This document shows, one piece after another, positions 43,446-55,001 of a DNA stretch of 64,000 nt. Below the pieces are notes generated by a model, which worked only from the letters and a program-made list of their open reading frames with translations, was not told the DNA's origin and searched no databases. The stretch lies in the NCBI GenBank assembly GCA_047947115.1, contig CP170459.1, positions 576,001 to 640,000 on the forward strand, in the 5' to 3' direction. Each line of letters starts with the position of its first letter. Within the stretch, counting starts at the first letter, position 1. The position numbers and the translations under genes were made by a program. The stretch comes from Verrucomicrobiota bacterium (GTDB taxonomy: Bacteria > Verrucomicrobiota > Verrucomicrobiia > Limisphaerales > AAA164-E04).

Positions 43446-46400
43446 TTAGCTTTTGGTGATGACTTCATCCAGATTGAGCAGCACGCGACATGTGAGTGTC
43501 CAAGCCGCCAGGCGTACTGTGGCATCGGTGACTTGTTTGACACCTGTCAACTGTTTCACCGTTTCGGGAGCTTGACTAAGCTTTACTGCTTCACCTTGCA
43601 GGTAATTCAATATCTGTTGCCTGGCAGCGGAGGATACGGGATGGCCTACAAGTCGCATCCAGGCTTCACCAACTCTTTCTTCATCCGATAAGGTCTGATC
43701 GTTTAACAAACGCTTAGCCAAAGAACTGGCGGCTTCCACATAAACCTCATCATTCAACAGGGTCAACGCCTGCAGAGGCGTGTTGCTGCGGATGCGACGG
43801 GCACATGTGCGTTCGGGGTTGGGGGCGTCGAAGGTCATGAAGCCCGGATAAGGCACAGCTCGTTTCCAGTAGGTATAAAGACCACGACGATAACGATCCG
43901 CGCCCTCGCTTTCCTTGTAGCCGGGGCCTCCGTATGCCAGGTCGCCCACTCCGGCAGGTTGTGGCGGAAAGACACTCGGTCCCCCGATTGTTTGTTCCAA
44001 CAGACCGCTGGCGTGCAAGGCAATGTCGCGCACCGTTTCAGCGTCCACCCGAAAGCGGGGCCCTCTGGCCAACCACCGGTTTTCCGGATCTTTTTCAAGC
44101 AATGCCTCGGAGAGTTTTGAGGATTGACGGTAGGTCGCCGAATGCACGATCAATCGATGCATGTGCTTCATGTCCCACCCGCTTTGCTCAAATTCAACCG
44201 CCAACCAATCCAGCACATCCGGTTGTGTGGGCATGGCTCCCTGCAAACCGAAGTCTTCTGGTGTGGTCACAATGCCCTTGCCGAAGAATGCCTGCCAGGT
44301 TCGGTTCATCACCACACGGGCCGTCAAGGGATTGCCCGGCTCAAACAACCAACGAGCAAAAGTCAGACGATTGACCGGTCGCCCTTCAGGCCAGTCATGA
44401 AACATATCGGGCACACCCGGCCCCACCTCTTCACGGGGTTTTAGAAACTCGCCTCGATGTCGACGAAATGTGGTGCGTGTGTGCTCAGGTTTTCGCTCCA
44501 GCATAACCATGGTGGTGGGGAAGGATGGCAGTTTCCTGCGCAAGGTGATGATTTCCTTTCTCGCACCTTCCAGTTCGGGAGCTTCCCGATGGAATTGACC
44601 TTCCAACAAGGCCATGTCTGTCGCTTCCCACTCCTTGGCCCCTCCTGCCAACAATGCCTCCAAATCCGCAGGCATACCGCTTGCTTCAGGACGATCATCC
44701 CCTGTTGCGGACAAACGAAACCTCCCGATGGTTACTTGATGGATAAAAGATTGATCCAATGTGATTCGAACACGTATCGGCTCGCCATCACGTTGAATGG
44801 CTTCCTTCAAGGCAAACACAGCCTGATGATCCTCGCCTGTTCGCCCCCCTATCTGCCATCCGGTATCAAGCAAACCATCCAGTGATTTGGAGGCTTCGTG
44901 CTTATCTTTGTGATGGGAATCGGTGGCCTTGTCGAATGCATGCCGGACCCAGCCACCCTGATCATCGGGCGTTTCGACAATGAATTCCGACAAGAGAAAA
45001 TCACCTGTCTGGAAAAAGTGTGCACGTCCCGGCCCACCATCCGGTAATGAAGGATGCGCCAAGGCCTCCAATCGAAACCCGGTGATGAAAGGCAGATCGC
45101 AAGTGAGTTCAATCGTATAAATATCTCGATTGGGCTTGTCCCCGGACGCAAGCACAGATTGATCCGGGAGAGTGGTCAAGGTGGCGTGAAATTTTGAATG
45201 TAAGCTTCCAGGCTTTAACACGGTCCACCCGACCGCCCTGCCCACTGCGCTTTCCAGCCATTGATCAAAGCGTTGTTGATAATATTGCCCCTCGGCAAAC
45301 TGCGTTCCGATCGCTTCCTCCTGATCGCCGGGCTGGTTCGGAAACTGATTCTTCAGGGATTTGGTCAGTTGCTGAATCTTTGATTGGATTTGTGCGCGTT
45401 GGTCCGCAATGACCGGATCGTGCAAATCGATTTCGGGTTCATCCGCATTATTGAATATTGCGAATAACTGCCAATACTCGGTATGAGAAACAGGATCAAA
45501 CTTGTGTCCATGACACTGGGCGCACCCCATGGCCAATCCCATCCAGGTGGTTCCGGTCGTGTTGACGCGATCCACGATCGATTCGAAGCGAAACTCCTCA
45601 ATATCTATTCCTCCTTCCTCATTCATCATCGTGTTGCGATGAAACCCGGTGGCGACCCGGTCCGCCTCGGTGGCATTCGGAAGCATGTCACCTGCCAGTT
45701 GTTTGATGGAAAATTCATCAAATGGCATACCCTCATTCAATGCATTGATCACCCAATCACGGAAAGGCCAGATGCTGCGGTATCGATCTTTTTCATATCC
45801 GTTCGTATCCGCAAAACGCGCCAGATCCAACCAATGCCTGGCCCACCTTTCACCATATGCGGGCGACATCAACAATTCGTTGACCAAATGTTCATAACGG
45901 TTCGGACGATGATCCTGGATGTACTGCTCGATTTGATCTGGGGTTGGGGGCAATCCGATCAAATCAAGATAGACACGTCGTAATAAAACATACGGATCAG
46001 CCTCGGGTGATGGTTGCAATCCTTCATGCTCCATGTTCGCCAGCACATGCAAGTCAATGGCGGTTCGGCTCCATTCTTTGCTTTGAACGACAGGAGATTC
46101 AGGACGCCTGGGCGGCTTATAAGCCCAATGCTCTTCATACCCGGCTCCTTGGTCAATCCATTTCCTGAGCAGATCCTTTTCGGCTGCACTCAATGGATTG
46201 TCCTTTTCGGGAGGAGGCATGAGAGCTTCCGGATCGTCGGTAAAAATGCGATCCACCACGAGGCTGGCTTCCGCCTGGTGTGGAACAATCGCTCGGTCGC
46301 CTGATTCCAAAGTACGATAGGCGGACTCGGCCTCGTCCAGACGCAACCCTGCTTTTTGTTGGTCCGGACCGTGGCATGCAAAACATTTGTTTGCCAGAAT

Positions 46401-46514
46401 GGGTTTGATTGATTGAGTGAAACCAATGCTCTGTTCCGTCTGGGCCCGCAATAAGCAAACGTCCGCAGAGAAATGAACACCTAAAGCAATGAAAATGGAT
46501 GTTCCGCGCTTCAT
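43446..46514 (-). CDS. PSD1/planctomycete cytochrome c protein (PSCyt1 + DUF1549 + DUF1553)
   Basis: [42 protein letters not shown]. Confidence 0.93.
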   Translation of the reverse strand: MKRGTSIFIALGVHFSADVCLLRAQTEQSIGFTQSIKPILANKCFACHGPDQQKAGLRLDEAESAYRTLESGDRAIVPHQAEASLVVDRIFTDDPEALMPPPEKDNPLSAAEKDLLRKWIDQGAGYEEHWAYKPPRRPESPVVQSKEWSRTAIDLHVLANMEHEGLQPSPEADPYVLLRRVYLDLIGLPPTPDQIEQYIQDHRPNRYEHLVNELLMSPAYGERWARHWLDLARFADTNGYEKDRYRSIWPFRDWVINALNEGMPFDEFSIKQLAGDMLPNATEADRVATGFHRNTMMNEEGGIDIEEFRFESIVDRVNTTGTTWMGLAMGCAQCHGHKFDPVSHTEYWQLFAIFNNADEPEIDLHDPVIADQRAQIQSKIQQLTKSLKNQFPNQPGDQEEAIGTQFAEGQYYQQRFDQWLESAVGRAVGWTVLKPGSLHSKFHATLTTLPDQSVLASGDKPNRDIYTIELTCDLPFITGFRLEALAHPSLPDGGPGRAHFFQTGDFLLSEFIVETPDDQGGWVRHAFDKATDSHHKDKHEASKSLDGLLDTGWQIGGRTGEDHQAVFALKEAIQRDGEPIRVRITLDQSFIHQVTIGRFRLSATGDDRPEASGMPADLEALLAGGAKEWEATDMALLEGQFHREAPELEGARKEIITLRRKLPSFPTTMVMLERKPEHTRTTFRRHRGEFLKPREEVGPGVPDMFHDWPEGRPVNRLTFARWLFEPGNPLTARVVMNRTWQAFFGKGIVTTPEDFGLQGAMPTQPDVLDWLAVEFEQSGWDMKHMHRLIVHSATYRQSSKLSEALLEKDPENRWLARGPRFRVDAETVRDIALHASGLLEQTIGGPSVFPPQPAGVGDLAYGGPGYKESEGADRYRRGLYTYWKRAVPYPGFMTFDAPNPERTCARRIRSNTPLQALTLLNDEVYVEAASSLAKRLLNDQTLSDEERVGEAWMRLVGHPVSSAARQQILNYLQGEAVKLSQAPETVKQLTGVKQVTDATVRLAAWTLTCRVLLNLDEVITKS

Positions 46515-46730
46515 TTTCTGGAATATAAAGGTGTATCATAGCGTTGAATTCAAGGCGTGTCCATGATGCAAAATCCATCGATTTGAATCATTGGCACATG
46601 TAAGCAATCTGTAAAACTTATGATTACAACTGCCCTTGAAAACGCAACAACGAGGGGATTACAGATGGCTGCCGCCGTTCCAGGTCTTTTGCTGACAGAT
46701 GTCGCCCGTTGTCCGGGAAGGAGGTTGGCG

Positions 46731-49583
46731 CTATGACTGAGACCCGGCTGCTTCACTTAGAATTTTTATTAATTCCTGCCGCTGTATGGGTTTACTGAGG
46801 AAGCCATCCATTCCAGCATCAATGCAATGCTGTCGCTCTTCCTCTCGAAGGGCTGCTGTATAAGCGTAAATCCTGACAGACTTATGCCGTTCAGATTGTC
46901 GAATGCGGCGCGTGGCTTCGTACCCATCCATTACCGGCATCTGGCAGTCCATGAAAATCAAATCGAAATCAGTATCATCTAACAGCTTGAGCAAAGCCTG
47001 ACCATCAGCTGCCAGAACACATTGATGACCTATGCTTTCAAGTTGTGCCTTGATCACTTTCTGGTTGATGAGACTATCCTCGGCCACCAGTACGGTCAGG
47101 CGATCCGGTGACGTTGCCGGTTGCTCAAGGGAGGCATCCAATGCTTCCGCCTGATTTCCAAGTGTCTCGAATGTCTTGGTCAGTTCATTCAAGCGCAAAG
47201 GATACCTGAGTATTTGAACCCCAACCGGAAAGTCGATCGGCTGCATCGTGGCATGGCGTCGCCGCATCAGGTAAATCCGGAGCAACGGCGCGCGGTCTTG
47301 TTCATCGAGAATATGCTGAGTCAGCGGCTCATTCGCACACCACAATTCGACGGAAGCAAACAAAATAACGGCATGGTCCTTTTGAAGGTTATTGCGGATG
47401 ATGTCGACCAGGTCACTGTTCCATTCGGCATGTATATGGCCAACTCGAAGTTCCTTCAGATACTGTATCAAACTAAGATCTGAATTATTTTCGTCTCCGA
47501 CAATGATTGCCAACAAGGGAATTTGACCGGAAGGTTTTGCCGTGTCAGGCGCAGGGACAATCACAGACAAAGGAATGGAAAAAAGAAACTCGGAACCTTT
47601 GCCCAGCTCTGACTTCACCTGTAACTCTCCATTCATGGCAGAAACAAGCTTTTTGCAAATACTCAATCCCAACCCTGTTCCGCCGAAACGTCGAGTCGTT
47701 GAACTGTCCCCCTGTGAAAATGGATGGAAAGCGTTATCCGTCTGGTCAGGGGTCATGCCAATCCCGGTATCTTTGACCAGGACATCCACTCGAGCAACAT
47801 CCCCTCCAGTGGATGCTACCTCGATGGCCACCTTGCCCTTGGGGGTAAACTTGATGGCATTGCCCAGGAGATTCAAAAGGATCTGGCGTATCCGCAATTC
47901 ATCCCCCAGGACCTTCGCCGGCAAACCGGGCGATGCGTAGAATGAGAAACACAATCCTTTGGCGGCGGCCTGCGGATCCAATGATTCAACCACGTGTTCC
48001 AACATGACCCGAAAGTCAAAGGGCCGGTTCTCAAGATTCAGGTAATTGGCCTCAATTTTGGAATAATCAAGAATATCATTGATCACTGCAAGCAAGGTTC
48101 TTCCCGAATGCCGGATTGCTTCCACAAACTCCCGCTGATCCACATTCAGAGGACTGTCACCAAGGAGGTCAGCCATACCAATGACAGCGTTCATGGGGGT
48201 GCGAATTTCATGACTCATATTGGCAAGGAAATACCCTTTCGCTTTATCAGCGGCCTCGGCCTTTTGTTTGGCTTCGAGCAATTCCTGCACCTGCAACCTC
48301 ACTTGATGCCGCAAATGCGCGTTCCAAACCCAAAACATGATCGCGACAAATCCGACCAACGCAGCCATCACCGCCACATGCCAGACCTTTACCAATGGAG
48401 GATGCTTCAAAACGTCTATCGCAGAAGGATCCGCCAAAACCAACCGAATACCCGTCGGATTCCCGACCCCATCGTAACTTGCGAGATATATGACATCGAC
48501 CGCGAGATCCGTCCCGACCTTGAAGGTGGGAATTCCCGCAGGAGTCTCAACGGGAACAATGCTGTTTCCACAAAGCAGATGAAAGGCGGATGAAAATACC
48601 GCCGGAATGGTCGGCAAGATAAAACTCACCAGGCCGACTTTGGTATGTCACCACACCCTGTATGACACTACGTTTACCAAAAACAACATCATGCCCCTGT
48701 CGGATGGCCTGAATGGGGGTAACGGCTGGACCAAATGGATCATTATCGCGTGCTTGCTCTATACGGACTAACTCAGGACCGGAAACCAGTAAATCAATGT
48801 CAGATAAAAGATCATTGTTCACTCGCGAACGAGTACAAACCCCGGAAATGCTGCACAAAGCTTCCACCCACACATCACTTAATGCTTCGGCAGCTCCTTT
48901 TACCCGGCACACAACGGTTCCACTGGGATCATGCAGATGCACCTCCAACGTCTCAGCATCGATTTTTTTACATTCCGTAACAATACCGAGCACCTTGATA
49001 AGCTGACCGTTGAGATTGCCCAAGGATAAATACCTCGCGGAAACGTCGGGATGTTCGGGTAGGATTCCGGGGGATTGAAGTAACACAGTCAGCACTCTCG
49101 GCTGGCTCAGAGCATTTCCCCCACCGATTTCCACCAGAACCTCCACCCAGTCGGAGAACATCATTTGCGAGCTGGAGGATGTCCAGGCCACTCTGGCCGC
49201 GCCTGTAGTGTCTTGCAGGAAATAGATGTACGTATCTTCATGCGGCTCTACTCCTGTCACCACACCACGCACACGCCGTTGGATAGAATGATCTTTATGG
49301 ATGGCATGCAAGGAATGTAACTCATCAAGACGAGCCCAAGATTGATCCCAGGGCTGTGATTGAATGCCTGTGCGATCCACGAAATAATCTCGAAAACAGC
49401 ATTCCTGAGCAATAGCCGCTCTTCCTGTCGCTCCACGAAAACCGACAACTGAATCGTTGCCCCCATGGTCAGTTGTTTGTTTTGCCAAATGGGTATGACC
49501 ATCTCTCCTGTCGAATCCTGAAGGATCAGCCTCTTGGCCGGTTCGTGCTCTTTAACGCGCCCTTCGAGCTGATACGACCATAT
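46731..49583 (-). pseudogene. hybrid sensor histidine kinase, 5'-truncated and frameshifted; kinase and receiver core (46731-~48590) still open
   Basis: Core has FLANMSHEIRTP, NAIKFT, DTGIG, GGTGLGL and a REC domain (FMDCQMP). The repetitive sensor region is spread over three frames (ORFs 49257-49502, 48547-49488, 46731-48629). Confidence 0.75.
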
Positions 49584-49598
49584 TCAGAACCTTCCTGA

Positions 49599-50225
49599 AG
49601 GGCCTATGGACTGCTTAACATTCAGCTGCCCGAATCCAAAGAGGCCATTACATCCGAGACATTTTCATGGACTCTGAATTGGAAAAAATATCGAGAAGTT
49701 TATCGCCGAGAAGGTCGATACCTGCTCCGCAGCAACCTTGAGGGAAGCGATCCTGCAAAACTCTGGGAATACTACATCCAACTGACACAGGTTGAGGAAG
49801 CGTTTAAGAACCTCAAAGGCGATTTAGCCATTCGTCCGATTCACCACCGACTGGAAGAACGCATCGAAGCTCACATCTTTATTGCATTCCTCGCTTATTG
49901 TCTTCACGTAACCCCGGGAAAACGATGTCGGCAGAGAGCAACTGGATTGACTCCACGCAGTGTCCTTGAACAACTCAAAACCATGCAAATGATCGATGTT
50001 TCAATTCCAACCGTTGATGGGCGCTGGCTCCAAATGGCCCGATATACCCAACCGGACAAAGCTCAACAATTACTGCTGGCACAACTGGGAATGGAACTTC
50101 CACCACAGCCATCACCCAAGATCACCTTGGAACAAATTAATCCCCAATGTAGTGAAGACCCAGGCCCCAAATAGTCCAAATTTTCAACGTTTTGAGATTT
50201 TAATGGGCGAATAGCGAAAGTCGGG
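49599..50225 (+). mobile_element. IS1634-family insertion sequence remnant (3' part of transposase plus right end)
   Basis: Open frame 49599-50174 without an early start reads ...REGRYLLRSNL...LWEYYIQLTQVEEAFKNLKGDLAIRPIHHRLEERIEAHIFIAFLAY... Candidate terminal repeat CGAAAGTCGGG at 50215-50225. Confidence 0.85.
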
Positions 50226-50492
50226 TTAGAAAGAAGATGACAGACATTCTATTAACCCAACAAACAGGATCATTGATACATGGCAAATACCCGTGCCTCA
50301 TTGGTTCCAACGGCACCTGAAAACGGTAGCGCGAATTTGGATTGCGGCGCGCAGCACCGGTCTGGATACCTCAAGCAGACGGCTGAGCAATCTCCTCCCC
50401 TAACCTTTACGTTTTCTAAAACGGCATACTATAGGTATCGGAAGTGTTGGCGGGGGGATATGTTGCTCCGTCGGGATGTTTGGGTGTGTATT

Positions 50493-51173
50493 TCATTTCA
50501 ATGCAAGTCTGAACTCGGTGATGATTCCGTCCCGTGGAATTGGCTCCAGTGTTAGGGCAAACGCTTTTTCAGAAATCAGATTGGCTTCCAGGGGATCCGT
50601 TTGCCGTAAGGGCACATTGTTGGTCTGCTGTTTCTCTATAATCGGCATTTTGAACACACCGTCCGTTATGGATATCTTCCCGGATGGAAAGGAGTGAGCT
50701 GTTGCCGAAAAAGTTCCTTCAATCCAGCCCTCTTTCAAATCCAGATAATAGATCGTCACTTTAAGCTGCGGGATGGAACCGTCCACCGAAGTTCCGAAAT
50801 GATCGGCCGAATTCGATGACAACATGGAGCGGGAATATTTCAGACGCATGGCCCGTTTATTGCGCAGGTTATAAGTTCCTTTTTTAAACTTGGGCAACGT
50901 TATTGAAAGATGTTCTCCGGTCTTGAACGCATCACACACAACTCGGATCTCAAGGTCGCCTTCCTTGCCTATGTAAGCCTGCAGGTGATCCTGGAACTGT
51001 ATCTCCCGGCCTTCGATGATACATTGAAGCAAAGGCGGCCCCTTCGGGATGGGCGAGTTATCGGCACACGCCGCCAAGATGCATATCAACATAACTGACA
51101 ATGACATCATCTTTGAAGCAGCATGGATCTGAAATGAACGAAAGGAACATCGAAACCGACGATGTTTAAACAT
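50493..51173 (-). CDS. hypothetical lipoprotein
   Basis: Lipobox LAAC and a beta-rich domain ending IEGTFSATA...ITDGVF. Start is uncertain (51110 or 51173). Confidence 0.55.
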   Translation of the reverse strand: MFKHRRFRCSFRSFQIHAASKMMSLSVMLICILAACADNSPIPKGPPLLQCIIEGREIQFQDHLQAYIGKEGDLEIRVVCDAFKTGEHLSITLPKFKKGTYNLRNKRAMRLKYSRSMLSSNSADHFGTSVDGSIPQLKVTIYYLDLKEGWIEGTFSATAHSFPSGKISITDGVFKMPIIEKQQTNNVPLRQTDPLEANLISEKAFALTLEPIPRDGIITEFRLALK

Positions 51174-51337
51174 CGCATTACCAAAACATGTCTTCACATC
51201 TATCATCTTATTATCGCAGTGTCGGTTATCCCTCAAGACGACACTTCCCCATCCTGTATCACCCTGCAAGAAAAGAAATTGCTTTCGATACAATTCCACT
51301 TACGCTTCCTGGAACCTCTTAAATTAAGCCAGACCTC

Positions 51338-52147
51338 ATGCGTGCCTCCATCCAAACACAACGAATCATCCGCCCCATGAACCGCGGTTTCACCCTGATC
51401 GAACTGTTGGTGGTCATCGCCATCATTGCCATCCTGGCGGGTATGCTGCTTCCCGCGTTGTCGAAAGCCAAATCCAAGGCCAAGGCGGCGCTTTGCCTCA
51501 GCAACCTGCGACAGATAACATTGGCCACACGTTTTTATGCGGATGACAACAATGACCATGTTCCGCCAGTGGCTCATGCCGTGGGAGAATATTGGTTTCA
51601 CCAGATCGCCCCTTACATGGGAGCCGATGATTACAAGAAAAACCCGCACGAACTGGCCGACGGGGTAATGCGCATCCTTACCTGCCCCTCCACCAAAAGT
51701 GCCAAACCCGATCCCAAACCCAGTGATAGCTGGTGGGGCACCGCGACCACCACTTGGCGTTCACTGCAGTCGGAAGGGAGTTACGGCATGAACCTGTGGC
51801 TGGACAACCAGGGAGTATACATCAACGACTTCCCGGCGAACCAATACTACAGCCAATATTCGACGGCACCCGCCGAAGTTCCGGCGTATGGCGATTCCGT
51901 CTGGGTAGGCTCCTGGCCCGACGGCGGCGACACCATGCCGGGCGATTTGAAAGGTGACGGCTACGGCAACGGCAGCTTTCCCCACAGTAAAGGACGATTC
52001 ATGGGACGTTTTGCTCTGGAACGTCATGGCAACGGCATCAATGTCGGATTTGTGGACGGACATACCGAACGAGTCTCGGTCCAAGGACTCTGGATGCTGA
52101 ATTGGCACAAGGAAAACGTTCCGAACCCAAACATCGAATTGCGCTAG
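51338..52147 (+). CDS. prepilin-type N-terminal cleavage/methylation protein (DUF1559-like, H-X9-DG)
   Basis: [50 protein letters not shown]. Start is 51338 or 51377. Confidence 0.9.
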   Translation: MRASIQTQRIIRPMNRGFTLIELLVVIAIIAILAGMLLPALSKAKSKAKAALCLSNLRQITLATRFYADDNNDHVPPVAHAVGEYWFHQIAPYMGADDYKKNPHELADGVMRILTCPSTKSAKPDPKPSDSWWGTATTTWRSLQSEGSYGMNLWLDNQGVYINDFPANQYYSQYSTAPAEVPAYGDSVWVGSWPDGGDTMPGDLKGDGYGNGSFPHSKGRFMGRFALERHGNGINVGFVDGHTERVSVQGLWMLNWHKENVPNPNIELR

Positions 52148-52179
52148 TCATCCGCCCGGTTTCGGGCTATAAGGTTCGC

Positions 52180-53157
52180 ATGTATTCACAAGTCAACATG
52201 CGTCTTATTGGAACACTTTTGGTGACTGCTTCTCTGTGCCTGAATTCACTAAGAGGCGAGGAAGATCCCTTCGTTAAAATCGATCCCCCGGCATTGACCG
52301 GCAGCTGGGATTGCACCGTGCAGGATGGTGATCTGACCTATCCTTCCTGGTTTCATGTGGAGTTGTCCGGTTACCGCACGCTGGTCGGATCCTACGTCGG
52401 CCAGTTTGGCAGCGCCCGCCCCATCTCAAACGTCGCCTTCAACGCCGAAACCGGCGGATTTCGATTTGAACTGCCACCCCAATGGGAAAAGCGCACCAAG
52501 AACGTGGTGGTCGAAGGCACCCTGAAAGATGGTTCCATCAAAGGCGTCACCTTCAACGACGAAGGCAAAGTCATTTCATTTCAAGCCAATCGGGCCCCAT
52601 CATTGGAACGCGAAGGCAAAACCAAGTGGGGGAAAACCATCAAGCTTTTCAATGGCGAAAATCTCAACGGTTGGATTCCACGCCATGCCGACATCCCCAA
52701 TGGTTGGGTGGTCAGGGATGGATTGCTGATCAACGAAACACCCGGTAACGACATCATGACCAAAAAGAAATTCACCGATTTCAAATTGGAAGCGGAATTT
52801 CGCTATCCGGAGGGAAGTAACAGCGGCATCTACCTGCGAGGCCGTCATGAAGTTCAAATCGAAGACAATTACGGAATGGAAATCAACAGCCATCGCATCG
52901 GCGGCGTATACGGCTTCCTGACTCCCTATCTGAACGCCGCAAAGAAACCGGGCAAATGGCAGCGCCTGGAAATCACGTTGATCGGCCGCTTGGTAACCAT
53001 CGAGCTGAACGGCAAGAAAATCATCGAACGTCAAAATATCCCCGGCATCACCGGTGGCGCCTTGGATAGTGACGAAGGCGCACCCGGCCCCATTCTGGTG
53101 CAGGGGGATCATGGACCGGTCGAGTTCCGCAAGTTGGAACTCACCCCGGCCAAATAA
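52180..53157 (+). CDS. DUF1080 exported protein with an N-terminal beta domain
   Basis: LFNGENLNGW, NSGIYLRG, EVQI, QGDHGPVEFRK. Confidence 0.9.
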   Translation: MYSQVNMRLIGTLLVTASLCLNSLRGEEDPFVKIDPPALTGSWDCTVQDGDLTYPSWFHVELSGYRTLVGSYVGQFGSARPISNVAFNAETGGFRFELPPQWEKRTKNVVVEGTLKDGSIKGVTFNDEGKVISFQANRAPSLEREGKTKWGKTIKLFNGENLNGWIPRHADIPNGWVVRDGLLINETPGNDIMTKKKFTDFKLEAEFRYPEGSNSGIYLRGRHEVQIEDNYGMEINSHRIGGVYGFLTPYLNAAKKPGKWQRLEITLIGRLVTIELNGKKIIERQNIPGITGGALDSDEGAPGPILVQGDHGPVEFRKLELTPAK

Positions 53158-53339
53158 ATTAAGCCTGTTTATTTGTTGAACCGCACCACCGCAGTGGCGG
53201 GATCTTCGAGATGGCGCAGATTGACGCAAATGATGAGTTTCATCTTTTGTATTCACCCATGCAAAATGAATCGCCGCGCATGTGCGATGGATATTGCGGT
53301 TGACTGGACTTGAAAGCGGAAAAGGAAGGCGAACAACTC

Positions 53340-54200
53340 ATGGCATCACAACCAACACACTCCAAGCCTCTCGAGTCCGCCGCCCTGCCTCCGGCGAATC
53401 TGGTTCCGGAATCCCTTGGCTTTGTTCATCTAGGTCGCCGGATCATTCGATCACTGGAAACACTGCACGAATTGATCGCCTTCACCTTGATCACTCTCAG
53501 TGTCACGGTCTTCAAAATTGGCAGATCCCGGTCGGTGGTGCACCCACTGATCCGACGACAGATATTTCAGGCAGGCATCCGATTGCTCCCCTTGGTAAGC
53601 CTGGTTGCCTTGATCACCGGATTCATTGTCGTCGGCCAGATGATTTCCCTGTTCAGCATGGTCGGTGCTGGACGCTACACCGGACTGGTAATGGTCATCG
53701 CGGTGTTCCGAGAACTCGGCCCACTGATGACCGCCATGATGGTACTGGCGCGTGTCGGCACTTCAACGGTAATTGATCTGGGCACCAAGCGCGCTTTGGG
53801 CGAGGTGGAAGCCATGGAAGCCCTAGGCATTGATTCGATCCACTACCTGGTGGTTCCACGCGTGCTCGGTCTGGCCTTGTCGATTGTTTCACTCACCATT
53901 TATTTCATCCTCATCTCAATGGTCAGCGCGTATTTCTTTGTATTCCTCCAGGACATTCCGATGAAACCACTGGCATTCGTCAACCAAATCACAGAAGCGC
54001 TCCACATTTCCGATTTTCTGGTATTGATTCTGAAATCCTGTTTCTTCGGAGGTGTCATCGCAGTAGTGACCTGTTACGAAGGATTGGCACGTCCGATTCG
54101 ACTGGAACAAATCTCGGTAGCAGCCACCCGGGCGGTGATGAAAGCCATCATCTTGTGCGGTTTGTTGGATGCGGTGTTTCTTCTCTATTGGATGATATGA
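53340..54200 (+). CDS. MlaE-family ABC transporter permease
   Basis: RELGPLMTA..V.ARVG, EVEAMEALGI...LVVPR, ATRAV. Confidence 0.88.
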   Translation: MASQPTHSKPLESAALPPANLVPESLGFVHLGRRIIRSLETLHELIAFTLITLSVTVFKIGRSRSVVHPLIRRQIFQAGIRLLPLVSLVALITGFIVVGQMISLFSMVGAGRYTGLVMVIAVFRELGPLMTAMMVLARVGTSTVIDLGTKRALGEVEAMEALGIDSIHYLVVPRVLGLALSIVSLTIYFILISMVSAYFFVFLQDIPMKPLAFVNQITEALHISDFLVLILKSCFFGGVIAVVTCYEGLARPIRLEQISVAATRAVMKAIILCGLLDAVFLLYWMI

Positions 54201-54985
54201 CGGTATCCGATCCATCAATCGACGAAAAGGACATCCTCATTGAACTGAGAGACGTCACCGTTCGTTCCGTCACCCAGCCGCATTTGGATTGGATCCGCAA
54301 CTGGGACTGGACCATTAAAAGTGGAGAGCGCTGGCTGGTGGGAGCCAAACCGGATTCCGGCAAAACATCACTTTTGTCTGTAGCTGCAGGACTCGTGCAT
54401 GCCCACCGGGGAACCGTTCGCATCTTCGATCGCGAAGTCCAAGATCTGGAACCGGAATCATGGCTGGACGAAAAACTGCGCATGGGGATGGTCTTTGAAG
54501 ACGGAGGCAAGGTGTTTCAGGAACTGACTGTCTTTGAAAATCTCATGTTGCCTCTCAATTACCACGAACGATTGACGCCTGATGAAAGAAGGGCCCATGT
54601 CCAATCCATCCTGGAAAGCACAGAGATGGATCATATCGCAGGGCGATCAGCGGCTGGCTTGAGCCGAAATTGGAAACAACGACTGGGACTGGCACGTGCG
54701 CTGGTGTTGCAGCCGGAAGTCCTCTTTCTTGACAATCCTCTGGGAGCAGTGGACGCCCATCATGGCCTGTGGTGGTTGAAATTTCTGGATCGTCTTATGA
54801 CCGGGCGGTGGGAGTGGCAACCCAAGGCGCTGGTGGTCTCGGCGAATGATCTGACACCCTGGATGTCACGCATCAATCGCCTGGCCTTGATAAATGACAA
54901 AAATTGGGTAGAGATAGATCCGGGCGACCGAAACACTCTCGAAAGCGATCCATTGATCCAGTCGCTCATGACAGCAAAAATATAG
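54197..54985 (+). CDS. MlaF-like ABC ATP-binding protein with degenerate motifs
   Basis: ABC fold (SGKT, LTVFEN, ARALVLQPEVLFLD), located between mlaE-like and mlaD-like genes. Confidence 0.8.
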   Translation: MTVSDPSIDEKDILIELRDVTVRSVTQPHLDWIRNWDWTIKSGERWLVGAKPDSGKTSLLSVAAGLVHAHRGTVRIFDREVQDLEPESWLDEKLRMGMVFEDGGKVFQELTVFENLMLPLNYHERLTPDERRAHVQSILESTEMDHIAGRSAAGLSRNWKQRLGLARALVLQPEVLFLDNPLGAVDAHHGLWWLKFLDRLMTGRWEWQPKALVVSANDLTPWMSRINRLALINDKNWVEIDPGDRNTLESDPLIQSLMTAKI

Positions 54986-55001
54986 AAACCAAGAAAGCAT
55001 C

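Noticed and set aside
48547..49502. Programmed frameshifting in the kinase sensor region
   Set aside because: There are multiple lesions, no clear slippery site and a lost 5' end, so decay or assembly error is more likely.
50325..50360. Possible degenerate REP-like sequence (TTTGGATTGCGGCGCGCAGCACCG)
   Set aside because: Single degenerate copy with no partner in the window.
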